Origin: a virus | Taxonomy: Duplodnaviria > Caudoviricetes | Strand: one strand, 5' to 3' | DNA length: 31,776 bases | Virus record (IMG/VR): IMGVR_UViG_3300020203_000063 | Span: 1 to 31,776 of that record | Program-made: the position numbers and the translations under genes | In this document: positions 8,801 to 17,658 of the stretch, in pieces | How positions within the stretch are numbered: the stretch's first letter is position 1 | How the letters are laid out: each line of letters opens with the position of its first letter | Notes under the pieces: generated by a model | Database searches by the model: none | Told to the model about the DNA's origin: nothing | The model's input: the letters and a program-made list of their open reading frames with translations, nothing else

Positions 8801-11445
8801 CCGGCCAGGCTATGCCCGTCGGATGTCACAGCCCCGCCGCCGCGCCTGTCCAGCAGCACGTCGATGGCCCAGGCGGTCTCGTCGCGGGCGGTGGGCTTGT
8901 CGGTCACGATGCCCAGGAGTCGCTTGATGCTGTCCACCACTTCAGCGAAGGCGCTCGAAAGCCTGCCGCCGAATTCCGGTGATGCGGGCATCTTGCTCAG
9001 GTGCCGCTGCACTGCCGGGTTGTCGAAGAACATGGCAAGCAGTTCGTCCTCGTTCCGCGCCGCATAGCTGACCCCGTGGCTGACGTTTGACCAGTCGGGG
9101 AAGTCCAGGCGCAGGCGCTCGACGATGCGCGTGAGCGTGGTGACTGCCGCCCGCACCGAGGGGGACACTGTGGTCGGGTGATTCTTGGCCTGTGCAATTT
9201 GGGTCTGCGTCAGGGAGTGCATCGCCTCATGGATGCCGGTGCGGTAGGCCCACTCGTTCATCTTCGCTATGGTCTCGCCCAGGGTCTTGGGCAAGGGGCC
9301 GCCCGCCCCGGTGAACGCGAAAGGGGTGCGGATCACACCGTCGTGCCCTGAGAATCCGTGTTTCATGGCCCGGTGCACGTTCACCCGCACTGAGTCCAGG
9401 CCCGGGTCGTCCGAGCGTTTCTCCAGCAGGTACTTGGCGAGAGCACGCTGGCCCGTGTCGGCCCGGTGTTGGGAGTCCGCGTAGCCTTGCAGGAACTCCC
9501 GCAGGCTGTAGCCGGCCTGTGCCTTGGTGGCCTTGGAACCCCCGTCGCGCAGCGTGTCCGAGGAGTCTCGGAAGTCTTGCAGGGTCCACGCCAGGCGCAC
9601 GGGGTCGCCGTCAGCCGTGCCCCAGAAGTGGCGCTGGCTCAGGTCGCGCGGGCCGCTGTCGTTCCGCACCTGGCTGGCTTCAGCCATCAGGCGGTCCACG
9701 CGCCCCTGCGTTTCCTTGCTCAGTTCCTGATACAGGAACTTGTCATCCGTCAGCAGGTTCTGGATGCGTGCCCCGCTGTCTGCGTAGTTCCCGGCTTGGT
9801 GCTTGGCCGTCAAGTCGTCCGCCAGCGCCGCCGCGCGGTCCTCGCTGCGCACCATGCCTGGGTCTTCTATCTCGGGGAAGTCGAATACCTCGGGCTTCGT
9901 GGGCTCGGGGGTCTCGACAACCGGGGGCTTCGTGGGCTCGGGTATTTCGATGACCTTGGCCACCGGGGCAATTTCCTCGGTGGGCAGGGTGGGCTTGACG
10001 GCGGGCTCATCCACGGGCAGGGCCTTGAACACCCCGTCCTCGGTGTCACGGATCATGTCCTGCATGTCCCGCGTCATCACTGCGTCCTCACGGACCACAG
10101 GCTGATCGAAGTCGTTGCGGATGCTATCGACCTGCTTCTGCGCCGTCAGTTCCGGGGGCTCGCCCACGGGGCGATCTGGGATGCGATCCGCCATCGCGTC
10201 CGAGTGCGTCTGGATCGCACGGTCGGCCGCGCTCCTGTAGGTGCCACGGGCAGTGACTGCGAAGGGCAGGACGGCGAAGGCCGTCGCCATCATGTAGTCC
10301 TCGGCCGTGCTGCTGCGCCCGGACACGTCCGCCATCGCTTCGACCAAAAGCTGGCCGCCGATCTGCTCCCCCGCGCTCACCCCCAGGGCCGCGCCTGGGC
10401 CGACCTTCGACACCGCCACGGCTGCGGTGGCTGCCTGGTACTCCGCGAAGGTTTTGCCCACGGCAGAAACCCCCTTGGCGGCGACGTAGCCCGTGCGCAA
10501 CATGCTGGCAACCTTGCCGATGCCCAGGCCCATGGCCCAGCTGGGGATGTCCAGTGACCCCGCAGCCATCATGCCCGCGAACGATGCCAGGGGGCCGGCT
10601 TGCCCATAGACCTTGTTCTGCTCTCGCATGAGGGCAACCTGCGCAGCGGCGCGATCAGCGTACTGCTGACCTTGCACGCCCCACTCGTCCATGTAGCCGC
10701 GCTCCTCGTCGCTCATGCCCTTGGTGCGTGCGAACCGCTGGTCCGCCCAGCGCCAGGTGGGGTCGGCGGCGCCCAAGTCGGAAGCCCCCGTGACCACATC
10801 CAGCAGGTCGTAATTCATGACGCGGGGATCGAGCAGCCCGGTGCTGAAGGCATCACCGAAGCTCACACCTTCCGCCTCAGTTGCCTCTTTGTCCCGGCTC
10901 GCTTCGAAGTCGCGGGCCTCCTCCGGGTTCTGCGACGCCCTCAGCGACGCCATGCCCGCCTGGTTGGCAGCCAGGGCCGCGACGGCGGCCGCCGCGCTGC
11001 GGTCCTTCGGCTTGCCCGCCAGGGCGGTGAGTGCCTCTGGGCTGTCGTCCGCCACTGCTGCGGGGGTGTCAGCCTTCTCCCCGCGAACCCGGGCTATCAC
11101 GCTCATCAGCTTGGACTCGTAGGCCGGGTCCGTGGCATAGCCCCCCTTCTTCAGGCCCTTGGCAAACGCGGCGCCGTCGCCCGTGGCCAGCGCCGTGTGG
11201 GCGTCGGGGTACTTGCGTCGCAGCAGGTCGATGAACCCCGCTTCGCTTTCAGCCCGTGACGCATACACGCGGTAGGCGTCGTTGCTGCCTTCTGCCAAGT
11301 CCTTCGCACGGTAGCCCTTGCCGCTGAAATCCTTGATGTTGAACAGGTTGTGACTGTCCTCGCCGTTGGGGCCTTTGATGGTGGCAGCGCCGTTGCGTGT
11401 TTCGAGCGCAGCAACGGCGCGGATCAGGGATGAATCGTAGGACAA
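5842..11445 (-). CDS. large internal virion/ejection protein (gp16-like, 1867 aa) with N-terminal GH73 glucosaminidase, central HExxH zincin and ART-PolyVal-like domain
   Basis: Third gene after the nozzle. GH73 motifs 'AALET..NLFNIK..GYATDPAY'; 'HEAMH...DELLA'; 'FKTWFGDSKV...PLVVYHGT...AYLSIKNP...DGVI...PTQVKS'; helical C-terminal ~800 aa. TTG start is bounded by an in-frame stop at 11482-11484. Confidence 0.88.
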   Translation of the reverse strand: MSYDSSLIRAVAALETRNGAATIKGPNGEDSHNLFNIKDFSGKGYRAKDLAEGSNDAYRVYASRAESEAGFIDLLRRKYPDAHTALATGDGAAFAKGLKKGGYATDPAYESKLMSVIARVRGEKADTPAAVADDSPEALTALAGKPKDRSAAAAVAALAANQAGMASLRASQNPEEARDFEASRDKEATEAEGVSFGDAFSTGLLDPRVMNYDLLDVVTGASDLGAADPTWRWADQRFARTKGMSDEERGYMDEWGVQGQQYADRAAAQVALMREQNKVYGQAGPLASFAGMMAAGSLDIPSWAMGLGIGKVASMLRTGYVAAKGVSAVGKTFAEYQAATAAVAVSKVGPGAALGVSAGEQIGGQLLVEAMADVSGRSSTAEDYMMATAFAVLPFAVTARGTYRSAADRAIQTHSDAMADRIPDRPVGEPPELTAQKQVDSIRNDFDQPVVREDAVMTRDMQDMIRDTEDGVFKALPVDEPAVKPTLPTEEIAPVAKVIEIPEPTKPPVVETPEPTKPEVFDFPEIEDPGMVRSEDRAAALADDLTAKHQAGNYADSGARIQNLLTDDKFLYQELSKETQGRVDRLMAEASQVRNDSGPRDLSQRHFWGTADGDPVRLAWTLQDFRDSSDTLRDGGSKATKAQAGYSLREFLQGYADSQHRADTGQRALAKYLLEKRSDDPGLDSVRVNVHRAMKHGFSGHDGVIRTPFAFTGAGGPLPKTLGETIAKMNEWAYRTGIHEAMHSLTQTQIAQAKNHPTTVSPSVRAAVTTLTRIVERLRLDFPDWSNVSHGVSYAARNEDELLAMFFDNPAVQRHLSKMPASPEFGGRLSSAFAEVVDSIKRLLGIVTDKPTARDETAWAIDVLLDRRGGGAVTSDGHSLAGWPGRGVSPHDLAVAMFKADSLNNPFSSARTAQTETPEFKTWFGDSKVADENRRPLVVYHGTKKSFSAFKDGTGWFAATADEANFWGGMTSTGANVVPAYLSIKNPRVLHGHENASNARVNAALDSLTAGEDGVIVMEGGKVRWAVVVDPTQVKSSISNRGQFDGKAADMSAGTLAPAASSINPLRLSKARQEFASNLFGHAKAFIGRNPIDPVKLRVLTSLIGSKSDGLVIAGSQNPIMQMVASLVTETTTGAAGRKPTVAIRKALIEQKLIGNSVLDFESHFEAWRVANKLPWYDDLTKGEGRTKFNRAVYDEMLSRRNALHRVNPDAAVRQAADAMEGMFSRALAEQKRAGTLGSERLPADSKGYVPQALDGRKMAAATVDDINELSDHLAEHWANTLDWSPGFAKDFSRYYINRARARAMNTKGVELAADASDAVTAIRETLNLMEDQAKGDPANLAAVLRAKTVLSEKGLGQTRKRLDVALDATLPSGKRVLDFYDDNVTGLARRYANRTSGTVALTDANIHGSVGVRYLRDAITETASRHNAAVTAPELESFDRLMGEILGTPIEGEIISRNAGNLRLFVGLQRLGSLAFAQASETMNMLHHLGLSATLNGITSLPRMLGEVGRIKRGQAPGNHILTSIEAWGGEFGAMAYKMVMPLDPPDGRVGTYAEDPGFVARLLGKGSHIQQKVSFFRGIMAAQHRMAAEQITMRAARLIRDADVDPSGIINLKGGNLAALRDMGFTDDLIGALHSRIHEVGKWDATGRLIAFDITKVENPATAEAFVHSVHRGVSQIIQGTFVGEKTKWMHNDYLKLLGQLRSFGVTATEKQWQRGAMIHGGGARGYAYVSGLLLAQMTLALPIHMARVQLNAAGRDDSEAYIQRNLEPFALVRATMNYGSLSGMMGDVLDVTAGFAGGWSSDVGETLGGRQGQGAQSVAGAIPVLGSADAMAKALTGASSLGNSLKQLPMSNLPFVIPAINLMR
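9892..9942. repeat. two copies of an 18-bp unit (gggcttcgtgggctcggg), 33-bp period, encoding PEPTKP twice
   Basis: Copies at 9892-9909 and 9925-9942 inside a Pro/Glu-rich linker. Confidence 0.8.
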
Positions 11446-11492
11446 GGGGAGCCTTTCAGAGAGCCGCGTTACCGCGTGCCGTCATGTGTAGA

Positions 11493-13691
11493 TCAAGGTG
11501 CCACGAAGTCGGACATACCGGCTGTGGGCTTGTTGCGTGTTGCGACATCGAAGGCTTCGGACTGCTTCCGCAGTTCGGCCTCTATGTCCTTCTTGGAAAT
11601 GCTCACGTGGTGCATCCGGCCTTGGATGCCGTCAGCGTCGGGGTCGTGGTAGATCGAGGACCAATAGAAATCCCCGCGTGAGTCCTTCTGCATCGTCACC
11701 CAGGGCAGCGTGGGCTTGAGCTTGCCCATCGGCCAGGTGGTCTGTTCGTCCAGCCCACTGTTGACCCGCAGCTTGCGCGCCCAGATGGCTTGGAACGCCT
11801 CTGCCACCTGCTCCTCGCCAGCACCGTTGCCGCCGTGCAGGGACTGGCGCCAGTTCTCCAGGTCCTTGCCGGCGCGGAAGAAGAACACGTTGCCCACGGT
11901 CTCGCCGCCCCGGGCCGTGACACTGCCACGCGCCCCCATCGCTCGGGCCTCTGGCGTGCCACCGGGGGCGGACGCCATGCCGGCGCCGACCATGCCTTCC
12001 AGCAGGGCGAAGCCTTGTGCGTCGGTGCGGTTCCGACCCCACGGGGACGTGTTGAACGTCTTGGCGACATCGGCCACCGCTTCCCGGTCTTCCTTGGACA
12101 TGGTGGGGTTCTGGAACGGCTTGAGTAGCAGCGCACTCTTGGCCGCCTTCCACGCGTCCTGCGGGGGCAGGCTGCCCTTGATGTTCTGTTCCGCCTGGCT
12201 GAACAGGAAGTGCTGATCCGCTGTGACGCCGTAGGCCCCCTGCACTTCGGGTGGCAGCAGCTTCAGCGTGGCGGCCGTCAGGGCGACTTGCGGGCTCCAG
12301 TCGGCCGCATTGGCGGCAGTGGCGAACTCACCCTTTGCGACGGTCAGCGTGCTGCCAGTGCCCAGGTTCGTGAGCAGCGCCGCGCGGGTCTGCGGCTGCG
12401 ACAGTTCGCGCCACAGGACAGTGCCCTGCTGTTGGATAGCCCGCGCGCCGCCGTCACCGATCACAGCGGCCCAAGCTGCCGCGCCGCCTTGCTGCCCCCG
12501 GTTGTCGGTCAGGGCAGCACGGGCACCCGCTTGCAGCGCGGCTTCCTTGGCTTCGGCATCCGCTGCGGTGGCGGCCCGCTTGGATTGCGCAGCCTGGGTG
12601 GCCCGCTCCCGGCCAGCGGCGGACACAAGCAGCCGCACGCGGTCCTCTGGGCTTATCAGGTCCGCGCCCATGATCCCGGATTCGATGGACGCCCTGCTGT
12701 TGATGGCGTTGACCTGCTCATCCAGCGCGGCCCCGTCCAGCGGGGGGTTCAGCAGCAGCGCAACGTGCAGGTCGCGGGTCGCGGGGAGCACGCGCCCAGG
12801 CAGCGCCCGGTTGGCTTCGACCTTGTACGTGCGGGCAAGCTGGTCCCGCTGCTCGATGGGCAGTGCGTCCAAGGCGCCGCTGTCCTGAAGGGTCTCGTAG
12901 GCAGCCATCTTGCCCTCGGCCATCGCCGCCAGCAGGTTGGCAACCTTGGCCTTATCCGCGATGCGCGGGTCTTCGCCGGGTATCGTCCCCATCGTCAGCA
13001 GGAAAGTGTCCCGCACCCGCAGGCGGTCTTCCTTGGTCATCGGGACGTTGCCCGCACGTGAAGCGCGGTCGTGTTCCTCTATGGCGTTGATGGCGGCGCC
13101 CACGGCGGCGCTGCGCGCCTGGAATGCCTGCTCCTGGTTGAATTGCACATGCGCCTGTGCGTGCACTTTCATCATGCCGGGCAGCATCTGCATCGCGGCC
13201 GCCTGCATCTGCTGGGTGCGCAGGGGGTCGTCCGTCTGCATACCCTCAAGCCGCTTGCGCAGGGTCTGCGCGTACTGCTCGGGGGTGGCCCGGCGATCCT
13301 GCGCCATGTTGGCGATGGCGTCGCCTTCCATCTGGGACGCATCCCGTGCGCCCTCGTAGGCGCGGGCACCCAGCGCCCCGGCCCCCTCACCGAAGAAGTT
13401 GGACCACGCGGGGCTCTCGTCCGCGATGGTCTTGGCTGCCTCACCGGCTGCGGCGCGGGACATGCCCTCAAAGAACAGGGCATCGTTCTGGCGCTTGACG
13501 GCGGGCTTGATAAGCTCGCCGCCCAGCTTCACCAGGCCGTCCAGCAGGCGGCCGACGGGCCGGGTCTGGATCGGGTTGACGCTCAGGTCCGGGTTCTGGG
13601 TGGCACCCGTGACGCCAGCGTTGACGGCTACGGGGCTCCCCGTGTCCACGGGGCTGGGGGCTTGCCGCTGTTGCGGCGCAAGGCTTTCCAT
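11493..13691 (-). CDS. internal virion protein B (gp15-like, 732 aa)
   Basis: Synteny (second ejection gene), size, Ala/Gln-rich helical composition, TGATG overlap with the upstream gene. Confidence 0.75.
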   Translation of the reverse strand: MESLAPQQRQAPSPVDTGSPVAVNAGVTGATQNPDLSVNPIQTRPVGRLLDGLVKLGGELIKPAVKRQNDALFFEGMSRAAAGEAAKTIADESPAWSNFFGEGAGALGARAYEGARDASQMEGDAIANMAQDRRATPEQYAQTLRKRLEGMQTDDPLRTQQMQAAAMQMLPGMMKVHAQAHVQFNQEQAFQARSAAVGAAINAIEEHDRASRAGNVPMTKEDRLRVRDTFLLTMGTIPGEDPRIADKAKVANLLAAMAEGKMAAYETLQDSGALDALPIEQRDQLARTYKVEANRALPGRVLPATRDLHVALLLNPPLDGAALDEQVNAINSRASIESGIMGADLISPEDRVRLLVSAAGRERATQAAQSKRAATAADAEAKEAALQAGARAALTDNRGQQGGAAAWAAVIGDGGARAIQQQGTVLWRELSQPQTRAALLTNLGTGSTLTVAKGEFATAANAADWSPQVALTAATLKLLPPEVQGAYGVTADQHFLFSQAEQNIKGSLPPQDAWKAAKSALLLKPFQNPTMSKEDREAVADVAKTFNTSPWGRNRTDAQGFALLEGMVGAGMASAPGGTPEARAMGARGSVTARGGETVGNVFFFRAGKDLENWRQSLHGGNGAGEEQVAEAFQAIWARKLRVNSGLDEQTTWPMGKLKPTLPWVTMQKDSRGDFYWSSIYHDPDADGIQGRMHHVSISKKDIEAELRKQSEAFDVATRNKPTAGMSDFVAP

Positions 13692-14464
13692 CAGGAATCC
13701 CCTCGGGAGTTAGTGCCCAGGCCGAACGAATCGAACTCGGGCATGGCGGATGTAGGCGCGGTCTCTGCGGTGAAGCTGCGTTGCAGGTAGCGGGTCAAGT
13801 CCCCCGCGCCACGAATGAGGGCGCTGAAGTCCGCCCCGCTGCGCACGGCCGCATCCAGGGACGAGTCCCCTTGTGCAAGCTGGGGAGCGATGGCGGTGTT
13901 CTCGATCCGGTTGGGGAGCAGGGTGCGCAAGTCCTTACCTGCCGTGGCGTCCGTCATGGCCCGCCCCGCCGCGTCCGCCAGCAGGAAGCTGCGGCGGTTC
14001 TCGTCCGTCTGCGCTCGTTGCGCGGTGCGCGCTGCGTTCAGGGCCAGTGCCCCATGCAGGCGCTGCTGCGCGCCACCCGTGGTGCCCCGGAAGGCGGCCG
14101 CCGCTGCGGCCTCACCCATCGCGTGCTGTGCGACTTGCAGGCGGTCGCCCCAGTTGGCGGCGGCAACTTCCTCGCTCAGGTTCAGGGCACCCAGTGCGGC
14201 CGCAGAGCGTGCCGCGCCAGCGTCCGCCAGGCGCTGGTTGTTGATGCTCTGCACGAATCCGCTCAGGGTGTTGTGTGCGCCCTCGGCGATGTTGCGGGCC
14301 TTGGTGAGTTGATTTCGCAGGGTGGCCTGCGTGTTCAGCCGGCTCTGGTTGGCGTCGCGGACCTTGCCCTCGTAGTGCTGGCCGATGAGGGCGGACCCCA
14401 CCTGGATGGCAGCAAAGGCGGCCCCGTAACTCGATGTCGTGCTGGTCGGGGCGTTTGTTGCCAC
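13691..14464 (-). CDS. internal virion protein A (gp14-like, 257 aa)
   Basis: Follows the nozzle gene; Ala/Gln-rich with 'AAAAAAFRGTTGGA'. GTG start with RBS AAGGAAAG. Confidence 0.75.
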   Translation of the reverse strand: MATNAPTSTTSSYGAAFAAIQVGSALIGQHYEGKVRDANQSRLNTQATLRNQLTKARNIAEGAHNTLSGFVQSINNQRLADAGAARSAAALGALNLSEEVAAANWGDRLQVAQHAMGEAAAAAAFRGTTGGAQQRLHGALALNAARTAQRAQTDENRRSFLLADAAGRAMTDATAGKDLRTLLPNRIENTAIAPQLAQGDSSLDAAVRSGADFSALIRGAGDLTRYLQRSFTAETAPTSAMPEFDSFGLGTNSRGDS

Positions 14465-14474
14465 GGGCTTTCCT

Positions 14475-17400
14475 TCAGTTGATGCGTCGCGTGTTGTTGA
14501 AGTAGCGACCGTCGAATTCCACGCCGTTGATGGACAGCGGCGCCCACAGGTAGGACGCCAGCGTCAGCGTGTAGCTGTTGGCCTCTGCCATCACGGGGAT
14601 GACAAGGCGGGACTTGCGCCTGGGCGTGGTGCGGGTGACGGCTACCACTGCCGGGTTCTGGTCCGCCAGCATGTAATCGTCCATGTCGTAAGGCTCGGTG
14701 TCCACGGTCAGCGCCGCGACCCCGCCCCAGGTGGGGGCCACTGCCCACTCCCCGGGGTCGGGGCCTACCACCTTGGGGACAGCGCTGGGGACAACGCCCA
14801 CAAAGGTGACGCTGAACGGGTCTGAGTTTGCGCCCAGGTTGACGATGCGGTACAGGCGCCCGGAAGTCTCGGACTCCCCGACCACCACGCTGGTATCCAC
14901 GTTCGTGGACCCTGCCAGGATGAAAACCGAGTCCGTGGCGTAGGCAGGTAGGAGCACCTGCCATGCGTAGGACGGCGTGGCTTCGGGGCCGACCACGGTG
15001 CCGATGGGCTCCCCGACAGTGGACGATCCCGCGACGAACATACTGAGTGCCCGGTACAGGGAGCCGTCGGGGGATGTGTAGCCCACGTCAGGCAGGTAGT
15101 GCCCGTCCGCCTTCAGGTCTGGAATCTCACTCGCCGACATCGTGGCAAGCGCGATCATGGCTGCGGTCGTCAGGTCCGAGCGCACACCCGATACCCCAGC
15201 CGTCGGGGCGGATACAAACGCGAAGTGCGTGGCGTCTGTGACGACACCCGTAGCACCCGCGCATGAGTGCTTCGGGCTGGGTGCACAGAAGGCCGGGGCA
15301 ACCGCCACGGCATCCCCCACGGTCGGGACGGCCGGGTAGGTGGCAGGGCCGCCGCCGTAGGCCATCGTGAGAGGGTCCGAGCCCGTGGCGTCCACGCGGT
15401 AGACCACCCCGCCCGCCCCGCTCATCTGAAGCGTGACGGCACCGACGGTGAAGTCCCCGCGAATGCGGCCGATACCTTCCTGGGCTTTCATGGTGGGGGA
15501 TGTCAGCACCACAGCGGAAGTCGCCAGGAAGCCATACCAGGCCCCGGTGGGGTCCGCGACCCCCATCAGGCTACCCACGTAGCCGCCCGCTGCTCCAAGC
15601 GCAGCGTAGGCCCCGGTGAGGGCGCTGTGGATGCCTGTCACGGCCCCGACGTGCGCCAGGTCCAGGTACGGGTGCAGGCCCGGGTCTCCTGTCAGCGCGA
15701 TGCGCTCGACCACCACCTGGGGGGCGGCGCCGCCGAGCACGCGCATCAGCAGCAGCGCCTCATCTGCCACTGCCATGCCCACGATGGCGCTGGTGGTGGC
15801 AGTCGGGCCGCCAAAGTCCCAGCGGTGCCAGGCACTCAGGGCGCGTTCGCGGCCGTTGTCCCGGAATTGGTACACGTAGACGCTGCTCAGGGCGGCCGCG
15901 CGGATCATCACCACGTCGGGTGTGGTGCTGACAACCAGGCTGCGGGCCGTGCCCGCGATGTAGCTGTCCAAGTCCTGCGTCAGTTCCTGCACGTTCGGGG
16001 TTTCTTCAACCTGGCCGTGCTGCAACTGCTGAAGGCTCACGCTGCCGCCCGCGCTCTTGGCGGCGAACAGGTAGTTCCCCGCTGCCACCGGCTGCACGCC
16101 CGATGTGTCCGGGATGTGCGAGAAGATGGTGGCGCTGGCGTTGCCGGGTGTCAGGGACTGGCGCCCGTTGATGACGTAGTGGCGCTTGTCCCCCACCAGT
16201 ACCAGGCTGCGGTCATAGATCACCGACCTGCGCAAGGTGTCGTCCTCGCCGCCGATGATCCCGAAGTTCACGGGGTCCGTGGCATCCACATCCAGCAGGC
16301 TGGCGGGGAAGAAGTTCAGGTAGTCCCCGGTGCGGGATGTGTTGACGGTGCTGCCCGCACTGAGGATCAGGCGGTCCTGGAACACGCCCAGCATCGTGAT
16401 GCTGGCGTCCTTCAGGAACTCGGGCAAGCCCGCGCTGTCCGCGTCCCCTGTCACGCTGGGCAGGTAGCGCGGGAACGTCACCCCGGTCTGGGTCTCCAGC
16501 CAGTCGATATCCGTGCTCAGGTACAGGCTGCCCCCGTCCAGGGTGCCCAGCGCGAATGCCCGTGTGACCTCGAACAGGACGCCAGGCGCTTCTTCCCAGG
16601 TCACAGCGGTGAACGTGCCCGTGGACTTATCCTTGGCAACGGCCTGCACGTAGAACGCGGCGTTGTTCAGGGTGTCCGTCGGCAGGATGCGGACCACCCG
16701 GCCTGGGTAGCCCACGCTGGTGAGAAGTTCGGGGGCTCCCACCACGTTGCCCGTGGCGCGCATCAGGCTGCCGTCGCCCCCATCCTGGACTTCGATTTCC
16801 TCGACGGTGGGGTCCGAGATGCACACGGTCGTGCCCACCACCACCACGAACGTACCAGCGGGCAGGAACCCACTGGCCCGAAGCTGTGCCGCCAGGCGCT
16901 CCGCGATGTTCTCAGGGGTCGCGTCCGCCAGGGCCTCACCCGCCCAGCGCAGCGCCCGGGTGTTGTACTCGTTCGTGCGGTCGTTGACCTTCTTGGTGTA
17001 GTCCGGGTCCGTCGCCAGCAGGTCCGACGTGTCCAGGCGGTCGGGGTAGCTCGCACTGCGCGTGGTGTACTGCACCCACAGCTTCTGGTTCCCGCGCAGC
17101 AGGCCAATGCGGAACGTGCGGCTGTAGGCACCACCACGAACCCAGGCGCTGAAAAGCTGCTGGTTCTCCAGGGGGGACCACTTCTCAGTGCTGGTGTACG
17201 TGGGGGTCATCGTGTTCCCCGCGATCACGAGGAAGCGCCCCAGGGCCACGGCCGCGCTGGCGCCACCGGCTTCGAGCAGGGCCAGGCCAGCATCACCGGA
17301 CTTCTGCACCACGGGGAAGATGGCCCCCGTGTTGCGGTTGAATGCTTCAACAGCCAGCAGGGCGCTGCCTGTGGGCTTGGCCCCGCGCCGGATAAGGGTC

Positions 17401-17648
17401 GTGACATCCGTGGCCCCGACCTTCAGGTCCAGTTCCTGGAAGGACTCCGCATCTTGCAGCGTCGCGGCGGCCCCCGCATTGGCGCGGGGTGCACTGTCCA
17501 TGAGCACGCTGCCCTGTCGGCGGGTGAGACCCCGCACCGGGTCTGCCAGCATGTTGACCTGCTCTTGGTGCTGGTCCGGCCGGCGAAGGCCAGGCGGGCG
17601 CTGGCTGACCCCGCCCAGCAGCGACGGGTACGCGGAATTGAATTTCAT
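14475..17648 (-). CDS. tail tubular protein B / nozzle (gp12-like), 1057 aa with a C-proximal insertion
   Basis: N-terminus 'SLLGGVSQRP...EQVNMLADPVRGLTRR', 'VFQDRL', 'SRTGDYLNFF', 'SAWHRWDF' and C-terminal 'PLSINGVEFDGRY'. Confidence 0.93.
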   Translation of the reverse strand: MKFNSAYPSLLGGVSQRPPGLRRPDQHQEQVNMLADPVRGLTRRQGSVLMDSAPRANAGAAATLQDAESFQELDLKVGATDVTTLIRRGAKPTGSALLAVEAFNRNTGAIFPVVQKSGDAGLALLEAGGASAAVALGRFLVIAGNTMTPTYTSTEKWSPLENQQLFSAWVRGGAYSRTFRIGLLRGNQKLWVQYTTRSASYPDRLDTSDLLATDPDYTKKVNDRTNEYNTRALRWAGEALADATPENIAERLAAQLRASGFLPAGTFVVVVGTTVCISDPTVEEIEVQDGGDGSLMRATGNVVGAPELLTSVGYPGRVVRILPTDTLNNAAFYVQAVAKDKSTGTFTAVTWEEAPGVLFEVTRAFALGTLDGGSLYLSTDIDWLETQTGVTFPRYLPSVTGDADSAGLPEFLKDASITMLGVFQDRLILSAGSTVNTSRTGDYLNFFPASLLDVDATDPVNFGIIGGEDDTLRRSVIYDRSLVLVGDKRHYVINGRQSLTPGNASATIFSHIPDTSGVQPVAAGNYLFAAKSAGGSVSLQQLQHGQVEETPNVQELTQDLDSYIAGTARSLVVSTTPDVVMIRAAALSSVYVYQFRDNGRERALSAWHRWDFGGPTATTSAIVGMAVADEALLLMRVLGGAAPQVVVERIALTGDPGLHPYLDLAHVGAVTGIHSALTGAYAALGAAGGYVGSLMGVADPTGAWYGFLATSAVVLTSPTMKAQEGIGRIRGDFTVGAVTLQMSGAGGVVYRVDATGSDPLTMAYGGGPATYPAVPTVGDAVAVAPAFCAPSPKHSCAGATGVVTDATHFAFVSAPTAGVSGVRSDLTTAAMIALATMSASEIPDLKADGHYLPDVGYTSPDGSLYRALSMFVAGSSTVGEPIGTVVGPEATPSYAWQVLLPAYATDSVFILAGSTNVDTSVVVGESETSGRLYRIVNLGANSDPFSVTFVGVVPSAVPKVVGPDPGEWAVAPTWGGVAALTVDTEPYDMDDYMLADQNPAVVAVTRTTPRRKSRLVIPVMAEANSYTLTLASYLWAPLSINGVEFDGRYFNNTRRIN

Positions 17649-17658
17649 GCTGTGTCCT

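Noticed and set aside
11463-11479. Small CGCG-GTAA-CGCG hairpin before the large ejection gene
   Set aside because: Only a 4-6 bp stem with no U-tract; plausible by chance at this GC content.
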